Assembly (NCBI RefSeq): GCF_036321535.1
Contig: NC_087447.1
Coordinates: forward strand, 5,146,001-5,210,000
Direction: 5' to 3'
Source: Camelus dromedarius
Taxonomy: Eukaryota
DNA length: 64,000 nt
The position numbers were made by a program, and so were the translations under genes. How positions within the stretch are numbered: the first letter of the stretch is position 1; every line of letters begins with the position of its first letter. Below are positions 55,201 through 64,000 of the stretch, in pieces. Under the pieces are notes generated by a model. That model saw only the letters and a list, made by a program, of their open reading frames with translations, was not told the DNA's origin and searched no databases.

Positions 55201-56541
55201 TTGGGGGCATTAGCGAGGACCTCTGTTCCCTGCCCTTCACCTGGGGGACTGGGCATGTCAAGGGAGCACATGGAGCTTGGATGCTCAAGGGCCCCCTGCC
55301 TTTCCACCCACTTCTCCCTCTCTGGTTTCCCCATCCAGGAAACCTTTGCTTGATTCTGCNNNNNNNNNNNNNNNNNNNNNNNNNNNNNNNNNNNNNNNNN
55401 NNNNNNNNNNNNNNNNNNNNNNNNNNNNNNNNNNNNNNNNNNNNNNNNNNNNNNNNNNNNNNNNNNNNNNNNNNNNNNNNNNNNNNNNNNNNNNNNNNNN
55501 NNNNNNNTCTCTCTAAGGTCGTCAGGCACCTCCTTCTTGTCAAACCCAATGGTATTTTCTAAGGCTCTCTCTCCTCGCTCTGTTTTGCAGCCACACTGTT
55601 GAGCACTGCTGCCTTCCTGAACTCCTCTTCTTGGCTCTGGACTCTCCTGTCCACCTTCACCTCTGCAGCCTGGCCTTCTGGGTCCTCGTGGCTCCTCTTC
55701 CTCTCTGCCCGGCCACGCCACCCCCTCGACCCCCGCACCCGTGGCCTTCTCCCAAGACTTAACACACACAGCCAATCAGCATGTCTTTCCAGAGTTTCTC
55801 CTGCGTGCTTTTTGCTTTCTACACTTCTCCATAGGAGAGCTCATCACCCCCATTGCTTCAACTGTCACCTCCATGCAAATGACATCTCTGGAGAGATGGG
55901 GAGGCCCATGAACACAGAGGCCTAGTGTGGAGATGGGACCAGTGTCAGGGGACACCAGAAATAGAAGCTTTCGGGGAAAGTATCTCCTGGCAGGCGAACT
56001 GGCTCCTCCGCCCTCCTCCTTCCCCATTGCCCTCTCCTTTTCACAGCTGAACTACCTGGGCCCCCCTTTCAACGAGCCTGACTTCAACCCACCTCGGCTG
56101 GGGGCAGAGACTCTGCCCAGGGCCACTGTCAACCTGGATGTGTGGCGAAGCCTCAACGACAAACTACGGCTGACGCAGAACTACGAGGCCTACAGCCACC
56201 TCCTGTGCTACTTGCGTGGCCTCAACCGCCAGGCCGCCACGGCCGAGCTGCGTCGCAGCCTGGCTCACTTCTGCACCAGCCTCCAGGGCCTGCTGGGCAG
56301 CATCGCAGGCGTTATGGCAGCGCTCGGCTACCCGCTGCCCCAGCCTCTGCCCGGGACCGAGCCCACCTGGGCCCCTGGCCCTGCCCACAGTGACTTNNNN
56401 NNNNNNNNNNNNNNNNNNNNNNNNNNNNNNNNNNNNNNNNNNNNNNNNNNNNNNNNNNNNNNNNNNNNNNNNNNNNNNNNNNNNNNNNNNNNNNNNNNNN
56501 NNNNNNNNNNNNNNNNNNNNNNNNNNNNNNNNNNNNTCTGA
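47996..56541 (+). CDS. CLCF1: Cardiotrophin-like cytokine factor 1 (IL-6 family), 3 exons, 225 aa (partly N-masked)
   Basis: Exon 1 47996-48011 (ATGGACCTCCGAGCAG|GTAGGA, MDLRA), exon 2 54042-54208 (G|GGGACTCGTGGGGGATGCTAGCTTGC, GDSWGMLAC; 167 nt; donor GTGAGT), exon 3 56047-56541 (LNYLGPPFNEPDFNPPRLGAETLPRATVNLDVWRSLNDKLRLTQNYEAYSHLLCYLRG...; TGA 56539-56541). Total 678 nt. Confidence 0.96.
48669..48699 (+). CDS. CLCF1: Candidate alternative first coding exon of CLCF1 (MLPAAGEPAA, phase 1)
   Basis: Kozak CCCACCATGC, 31 coding nt, donor CAG|GTAGGG, same phase as canonical exon 1, so it joins exon 2 in frame. Confidence 0.55.
52276..52309. repeat. Compound (CG)n(CA)n microsatellite
   Basis: GAGCGCGCGCGCGCACACACACACTCTCACACACACA. 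Confidence 0.85.
52490..53050 (+). repeat. Degenerate telomere-like (CCTAAC/TAACCC) low-complexity tract, interrupted by an old L1ME-like fragment (about 52660-52750)
   Basis: G-poor plus strand with recurring CTAAAC/CTAAC/CTTAAC/CCTAACC motifs, e.g. CCTTAAACCTAACCTAACC and ATCCTAACCCTAATT. Confidence 0.6.
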
Positions 56542-57390
56542 TCTCTGACCTTCTCTGTCCCCTCCCTCTTCAAACCCTGCTCCCACTCTGGGAGGGAGGA
56601 ACATGTATGCCAACACTTGTTAAGCCAGGAGACAGAAGCCAAGAGCCTCTAGCCCTCCCTGGACTTGGAGGAGGGTGTGATGCAATAAAGCCCATCCCTC
56701 CCCACTTCCCAAAGTCCTACAGGTCTGGGGAAGAGGTGCAATAGGCCCATCCCATTTCCACAGGAAGTAATGCTCAAGGGAGCCCAAAGTGGTTCACGTT
56801 GGTGCAAAGGCTCTCATGGCTTCCTGCTTCCTGCCCACCACTTGCCAGTGTCCACCCAGACCCTCAAGTGGCACTTCCAGGAAGCGTGCCTGTTGGCAGG
56901 GAGGGGACCGCCATCACATGTGCCTTTCTGGGGTGAAGCTCTTTGGCTGCCTCACTCTCCTTAGATGGGTGTTACTCCCCTCCCCCCAAATAACTCAATA
57001 CATCCAATTCAGGAAACAAACCCAGTAGCAAGTCCAAACAGAAAGAGATGGGATTAAAAATGAAACAGGTGGGGTCTGCATGGGAGGTAATACTGAAAGC
57101 AGAGAAGCAGGGACAGACTGGACCCAGGGGTCACCAAGGCAATCGGTGGCATAGGGTGGCAACCAAAAGGACATTGCCTTGAAATTTCTTGCCAGCTTCA
57201 CGGTGCCTCCTCTCTGCCTCCTTTCCCAGGGTATCTGTGGGTTGCCCAGGCTGGGGAGGGCAACCATAGCCACAGCCACAGAATTTCCTGAAAGTTTACA
57301 TTGCAGTAGCATTTCGGGGTGTGGGGGGCAGCTCCCCCAGGCCCTGCCCCCCAGCCCCATCCACTCATGACTCTAAGTTTGTTGTATTAA

Positions 57391-57431
57391 TATTTATTTA
57401 TTTGGAGATGTTATTTATTAGATGATATTTA
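57391..57431 (+). promoter_or_regulatory. AU-rich element (ARE) cluster in the CLCF1 3' UTR
   Basis: ATTTA at 57392, 57396, 57413 and 57427; two TTATTTATT nonamers (57394-57402, 57411-57419). This is typical cytokine mRNA instability architecture. Confidence 0.8.
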
Positions 57432-57459
57432 TTGCAGAATTTCTATTCTTGTATTAACA

Positions 57460-57465
57460 AATAAA
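57460..57465 (+). terminator. CLCF1 distal polyadenylation signal AATAAA
   Basis: Immediately after the ARE cluster, about 920 nt after the stop. Confidence 0.8.
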
Positions 57466-58070
57466 ACGCTTGCCCCAGAACTTCATCTCTTTGCTTGGCC
57501 TCACCCCTTCTCCTGGCTCTCGTGTCTTGTTCTCCTGGCCTTCCTCTCTGGGCTCCCACACCTGCCAGTGGAGAGCTGGGAGCCCCAGGGTTAGCTCAAG
57601 AGAGGCCAAGAGCTTGAGGAAGAGGCCCTGTACCCTGTGCCCACCGAGAAGATGTGCACACAGCCGACTTCACTCCTGCCCCTCCATCCACATTGTGCTC
57701 CTCCTTTAGTCCTCCCAGATAGCTTCCTGTCACTTACCTTCTTCCTCCCAGCCTGTGTTCGGTTCACCTCACTTCTCTGGGTGACTTTAATGGTCTCATA
57801 TGTCTGTCTCCCTGCAGAGCCATCTGTCTGCCTTCCAGGCTCAGCTTCCCCAGGACCCCTACCTGTGACCACCTGCCGGGGCCCCCCAGAAGTAATCCTC
57901 ACCTTCTCAACACCCTTTGTCTCCTAGGGAGGGCAACAGACCTAGGCCAAGTCACAAGTCTCAGCAGTGATCTGCTCCTTTCTCTCCAACATGAAACCGC
58001 AGATTCGAGGGAAAGAAAAACTCGTATTGGACTGTAAACGAATGGGATAGGTGCCATTCAAAGGATGGCC

Positions 58071-58235
58071 TAAGCTCAAATCCCATGTCTATCATCTACT
58101 GGCTGAGTGACCTTGGACAAATGATTTAAAGCTCTCTGTTCTCCAGTTTCCCCATCTATAAAATGGGAATAATTAAAAACCCTTATAAGAATGTTGGAAA
58201 GGATAAGAGAAGCAATAAAGGTAAGATGCTTGGCT
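58071..58235 (+). mobile_element. MIR SINE
   Basis: CTCAAATCCC...CTACTGGCTGAGTGACCTTGGACAAATGATTTAAAGCTCTCTGTTCTCCAGTTTCCCCATCTATAAAATGGGAATAAT. Confidence 0.88.
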
Positions 58236-59359
58236 GAGGCAGCAGCGATTAGGAATCACAGATGACACATCTATGTGTCATGACATTCTAGTGAAGGGCC
58301 ACTGGGTAAATCAATGGGCTAACTGCTCCCAGGTAATAGTGGCTATTTTACAAGGGCCTCCTGGAGACAGAGCCTTCAGTGAAGGCAGTAACAACGGATG
58401 GTGATGTCAGTCAGTTGACAAATATTTTAAAGACCTAATTACCCGCCCAGCACTGTGCTAACTGGTGTAGGAAAGCCAAAAGAAGTCCAAGACCTGATTT
58501 GGCTCCTGCCCTTACGGAGCCTGCAATCTACCTGGGAAGACACTGTGCTTACCTGAGATGATAAGGAGCGAAACCATGTGCGCATACGTGGGCGACAGGG
58601 GCCAGGAGGTAGTGACGAGTGAGCCGCCGGGAAAGGGAGAGGTGGGGTGAGGGAGAGGTGTGAGGGTAGGTGCAGGAGCTATTGGACTTGCTTGTGGGTG
58701 GCGTGAGCCAGGCTGTGCTGAAGGTCCCTGAGTCACCTGACCCAAGTTGGTGAGAACTTGCCCATCCTGAGGGCCCCAGGCTACTCGGACTGAGACGTCT
58801 GCCCAGGCATGGCCAGGGGCACCTGCAGGCCCTGCCTCCAGCCTCACGAGATACAAAGGAGAGGGCCTCTGGGCTGTCTCCATCCAGGGCCTGCATTGTG
58901 TAAGGCACCAAGCAAGAGGCGAAACGGGATACAGGGAAAAGGAAGGTAGGTCCCACACTGCTGTGCCGCAGGCTTATGGGGGCACGCTCTGCGTCTTCTC
59001 CATCTCTCTGTCTCAGCACCCAGCTCAGGCTCAAGCTCAAGTCCCAAGAAGTTGTTCCCTTAGTGTGCTGAACAGAACAATCCAGAAAAGGAACCAGTCC
59101 CCCATCTCCTACCCCCTGCCAAATGCTAGAATCCAAGGCAGAAGTTGATCAGAAAGACCCAGGCAAAATACTATTTAGGTCAAGAAGGAAGGAGTGACTG
59201 CCTCCAGCTGGGTGAGGGCCCTGCTAGTCTGTGAGCCCTGTAGGGGAGGAAACGGCATCTGAAGTCACTGCTGTATTTCCAGTGCCTAGGATGTGGGATT
59301 TGACAGCATGCTTGGAGGATGGGCAGGACAAGGGATAGTTGTGTCTGTCTCCCTTTTAA

Positions 59360-59720
59360 GCAGGTAGCATCTTGAGGACAGGCTCCACAGTTAATTCATC
59401 CTTGCATCCCTGCCGCATTTTAGCATGATGCAGGGCACAGAATAAAGTACTCAATGATTTGATTTAAACTGATTCAAAGAGTGTCAAGACAATAGTGTAT
59501 TAGAAGCCAAGAGAAGAGAATTTTAATGAGCCAGCTGATCAACAGTGTCAGATGCCCCCAAGAACCACAAGAAGACTCTGGGGAGAATCCACTGGCTTTG
59601 TAAACAGGAAGTCACGGGTGACCTATGCAAGAACAGTTGAGAGACACATCAAATTGTGAGATTAAAGAAGGAGGTGGTGAGAAGGAAGTAGGAAGGGTGA
59701 ATACATTCCCTCAGGAGTTT
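59360..59720. mobile_element. L2 LINE fragments
   Basis: CATCTTGAGGACAGGCTCC...TTCATCCTTGCATCCC...TAGCATGATGCAGGGCACAGAATAAAGTACTCAAT (L2 tail), followed by reverse L2-like AACAGTGTCAGATGCC...GTGACCT sequence. Confidence 0.6.
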
Positions 59721-62700
59721 GGTGACAAAGGGAATACCTAGGGGGAGTAACAGGATCCCAGAAGGTTTTCTGTTAGCTTGGTTGGTTTGCTGCTACTGTT
59801 TTTAAGTAGAAGAGATCAGAACATGTTCTTGTTGCATGAGGGGTGATGGCTGGAGAACTGAGAGGGTCGGGGAATAGAATCAGGGACATGCATAGGAGAA
59901 TGAAAAGGGTTTCTGGGCAGTTATGTGGCACCAGCCAGGTGACATCAGCAAACACATCTCTGTCATGGACCCGTCAGCATGGATTGAGACATTCTTTGAC
60001 ATTTATTTCCTAACAAGCCAGACAGAGGTGGCCAGAGGTGGCCTGAGGTGGGGACAGAGAGAAGAGGGGCCATTTCCCAAAGCTGAGGACTGGCAAGGCA
60101 GGACTGGCAGAGAATCCAGAGGTGAGAGACTCCAGAGGGCTAGAACTCGTGCTGTTGACTGGTTGTGAGCCACACAGCACATGTAGGGTGGGTAGCAGAG
60201 GGAAACGGGGGCGGGGGCTGGGGTGGCTGCAGAGGAGCATCCAGTCAGAAAGGGCATTTCAGAGTCTGAGTTCTTAAACTCTCCTCCAAACAGTTCCCTG
60301 CAGATGATGTCAGGGGTGAGTCCTTCTTGTGGGTTTTGACACTGTGGACCACGGGACAGGTAGCTCCTGAAAAATGACAGGTCATCTGGCTTTTCTGTGA
60401 ATGAGTCTCCATTCACACTGAGTCTCCATCCACAGCTGCTTTAGGAGACGTGATGAGTTTTCATTGGTTATCTTAGGTTCCACCTCTTAAGTATGGTCTC
60501 ATGGTCACGGGCCCAGGTATGTAGAGGTCAGTTTAAGAACTGGAATACCTGGGGACTTCCAGTGTCACGGGGCGGGGGGGGGGGCATTATCTCTAGAACT
60601 CTTCTGTTTCCAGGAAAGCTAGGGAGAATGGGAGAGGAGAGAAGGTCCCCCCCGTCACCTCCAGATAGCATGCTGTGGATAAGAAATCTCATCCTCATCT
60701 TGGGTGCCCGGAAACACACCTGTGTTTGAGAGCAGGCATACAAGACAGAGAACTGTCACTTGCGGGAGGCGACTTCCAGGATGGTGGTGATGGGAGCGGA
60801 TATAGCAGGGCCTCTGATGACGGCTGGCCAGAGGGTGATCATGCCTTGCCATCTTCCTGCTTTTGCAAAGACTGACCCATACCCAGGACTTAGGTGCCCC
60901 TTGGTATGTGAGGAGACTCATTCAAGCACCTGTCACCCCCCCCCCAACATCTGCCCACTTGCAAAGGCCACCCCAAATGGGGAAAGGCCAAGAGAGGCTC
61001 TTGTTACCCTCAGCCTAGAGGGCAAGGGCTGGTGATGCGGGCCTGGCTTAGTGCTCTGATGGCGGGCTCCCTCTCAGCTCCCCCCTCTTCTCTGGAGCCA
61101 CAATTGTCCCTGCCTTTGTCCCTTCAATTCCGGAGCTCCCTGACTCAGCCTGGTTCCCCAATTTCCCAGCAGTGGACAAAGCCCTTGTCAGTGGGGTGGG
61201 GGTGGGGGCAGTGAGGGAGGAACTGTGAGCTTTAGAACTTCAGAGTTCCAGTGCTTTCCTTCAATGTCCTCTCAGCCTTCAGCATCCCTTAGTTTCCCTA
61301 GTTCAGAGGTCACCTCTAGGTTCCTCAACTTTCCTCTAATCTCCAAGGTCAGGCTGATGGGTGGAAACTAAGTAGGATCTTCCTCCCAACTGGACAAAGT
61401 CTGACACCTCGTGGCCAAGGTGAGGAATGGCCTTTTCAAATCTCCCTAGGACTTCTCTACAGTCGTGATGGTCAAGGTGAAAGGGGAGGTGATGGGAGGA
61501 GGTTTGGATGGGGTGGTTTGGGACAGGGAAGAAGAGACATCCAACGGCAGAAAACCCAGACCCAGGACAACTTTTGCCTTCCACCAGGCTCCTGCCCCTT
61601 AAGCCCACGAGGTCAAGAACCTGGAGCAGGAGGAGGGGTGTGAGTCTGGTGCCCAGAATCTCCAGCTCAGGGTGGGTGGCAGGGCCTGAGGGCCTGAGGA
61701 AGCGGGTTGCTGGGGGAGGTCAGGAGAGCGGGCTATACCCCAGAGCCCTCTGGGCCCCAGGCAGCTGCTTCCCTCCCTCCTTCCTAGCTAGCTGCCCCCA
61801 CTATCCTAGCTCTAGCTGGCTCTCCCCATGAGCCCCATTGTGAGCTGGGGGAAGGGAAGTGGCTCTTAGGGCGCATGCAAAGTACTGAGGCCCCCTATCC
61901 TGCCACATTGTCTGAGCTAAGCCGGGCCTAATTCCCCTTCCCCTTGGAGCAGTCAGTGGTGGGGCTCCACCCTCAGGAAAGTGCAGGGATGCTGTTCCAG
62001 TTCTTTTCTCTTCTTTCCTCTTGGGTTCCTCCAAGACTTTGGCCTTCACTCTGAAGCAAGGGCCTTGAGTGTTCCCAGGCCAAGGTGCAAAGGTCACTCC
62101 TGCTAATCTCATCCCCAGCTTCTGGGGGTCAGAGAGGACAAGGAACCTAAGCCTGGGTCTCAGGAAATTCCCTGAAGGAGTTAGCCCTCTGGTGTCAGAC
62201 CTCTGGCCAGGCCCTCCAGTGTGAAGCCTGAACTGTGACAGACCCCAGGGCAGCAGTTTTGCAGACAGGCCAGGAAGTTGCCTGAGAAGGGATAGGGGTC
62301 CCAGGAAGGAAGGTTAAAGGAGGCAGACAAGGTTGGGGGAGTAAAGAAGGAAAAGACCTGAGGATGGGCAGGCCAAGGTCTGGCCTAGTTGCCAGCACAA
62401 CTTACGGATCAAGATGTCAAGACAGGGAAGATTGCCAGTTGGACAGTGATGATTCCCAAACCCCTGGGTGGCAACTCCTTCAAGCCTTGGGGGTTGATCC
62501 CACAGCTGTCTGACTAGCAGAGGCGGGCCATGCTGCCTGGGGAGAGTTGTCTCAACTCCAGGCCAGAGAGCCAGTCCTAGGTGCCTGCACTTGAGCTGAC
62601 CACCTGGGCTGGGAGAAGCTGAATGAAGGCCAGGGGGAACATCTTCCAGGTGGGTGGGGGAGGCTAGCAGGGCCTGGGCCAGGCAGGGCTGGGGGCAGCT

Positions 62701-64000
62701 GGCAGGGGTGGCCCAGACAGTGCCCACAGAACAGGCCAGGGTGCCAGAGAGGAGAGGGAATGAGCTCGGGTGGCAGTAGGAGCCACTGTGGCCGCCCAGC
62801 AGCATACCCCATTTCACGCTCCCTGGGCGGCGGCAGGGCCCCACGGCTATCAGCTTTCAGGGGTGGGAGGGACCAGGAATGAGGAGGGGTCTGCCCCACC
62901 CACGGTTCCCTATCCCTCAGGGCTTTGTGGGCTCAGGAGTTGGGTGCCACACACTTCTGGACACGCCTTCTGGGGAGGGGTTGTCAGTCCCATAGAGCCT
63001 GGGCACCAGCCCTCTGAGGAGTATTCAGTGCCTGACTGTACCCCACACCTACGCCCGTCCCATGCCTGGTGGAGAGGGCCTCCCTGCTCCCCTCCCCAAT
63101 GCAGCAGAGCCCCTGTCTCCCTCACTGTGGGCCCCACTTAGTCCAGGAGGCAGATGGGGGGATTAGACAGGCCAAGCCCAAACAGTAAAGCAGGGAAGGG
63201 CCCTCCAGCTCTGTACAGTGCGCCCACAAGCTCTCACTCTTCCACTCAGCCCTCCTCAAGGAAGGGATGGGGAGAGCCAGGAGGAAGGAAGCCCCTGAAG
63301 ACAAGGCCTGTTCTGCCCTCTCCTTCGGTGGTCTGCTCCCCAGAGCGTTCTCTTCCCTCAGGCACATTCTCCTCCTAATGTAGAGTGCCCAGACCCTAGA
63401 GCAGTGGGAAAGGGGCAGGCAGAAGCCTCTGAGCCTCTCTAGAGGCCGATTAGAGCTGGGCTGGTCCCCGCACTGATTCCCAGACTCCCACTGGCCAGCA
63501 CTTCTGCCTACTGCCAGGAAGTTGGTGAGGAGGAGGCGGGTATAGGGGTGAGTCAGCAATGTCATGAGCCCAAGGGACAAAGGTCATGGGTGGAGAATTG
63601 AGAGACACTGTTTACAGCAGCCCACCTCCTCCAGGGGGTCTTTCAGAGATAAGCCAGCCCGGTGGTCCAACCCATTTCTGACCCACCTTTCCCCTTCTGT
63701 TTGTTAGGAATTTTATCCTTGCACTGACAATTTGCGTGTCCGTCTGCTTGCCCTTTCGCCTGTGAGCTCCTGGGGGGGCACAGAGGGACAATGGTTTCAC
63801 TGGGGTCACACAAGTCCTGTGACTATCAGCACTTCCTACTTTCAAGAACCATTTTACGTCTATTTTAATTGAGCGAGTATGTGGGAAAGGGCTCAGAACA
63901 GTCCTTGGCACGCTGAAAGTGTCATGTAGGGTTATTGTTGGTACTTTCTACTCATACTCTCACATTAGTGTGAGGCAACAAGGGCAGATTTTGCTGATGA

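Noticed and set aside
54316-55775. 345-, 224- and 200-aa ORFs in CLCF1 intron 2
   Set aside because: Open only because N-runs translate as X and hide stop codons.
57500-64000. POLD4 or another gene downstream of CLCF1
   Set aside because: No recognisable exons; POLD4 is expected further downstream by synteny. The region shows only old repeats and unspliced short ORFs.

Overview
Eukaryotic, GC-rich genomic DNA from a non-human placental mammal. It is syntenic with human 11q13.2 and read in reverse orientation: PTPRCAP (+, 3' part only), RPS6KB2 (-), CARNS1 (-), TBC1D10C (-), PPP1CA (+), RAD9A (-), CLCF1 (+), followed by about 6.5 kb of intergenic DNA. I reconstructed the six complete genes exon by exon from splice sites and recognisable protein sequence. 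All are intact (485, 951, 446, 330, 391 and 225 aa). Most entries in the ORF track are GC-rich shadow ORFs or exons read into introns. Repeats are mostly ancient (MIR, L2, MER20, MER91, L1M), with one solo ERV1-type LTR and one younger poly(A)-tailed retroposed insert. I recognised no Alu, B1/B2, Can-SINE, CHR, PRE-1, ERE or Ves SINE, so the species is undetermined. Eight N-runs (mostly exactly 140 nt) behave as length-preserving masks rather than true gaps. I found no evidence of a wholly new biological system. The best leads are: an alternative in-frame first coding exon of CLCF1; an L1-mobilised insertion whose target-site duplication copied an RPS6KB2 splice donor; a sense-oriented solo LTR upstream of CARNS1; an orphan poly(A) site between the PPP1CA and TBC1D10C promoters; a degenerate telomere-like tract and masked non-coding blocks in CLCF1 introns; and dual poly(A) sites flanking the CLCF1 AU-rich element.
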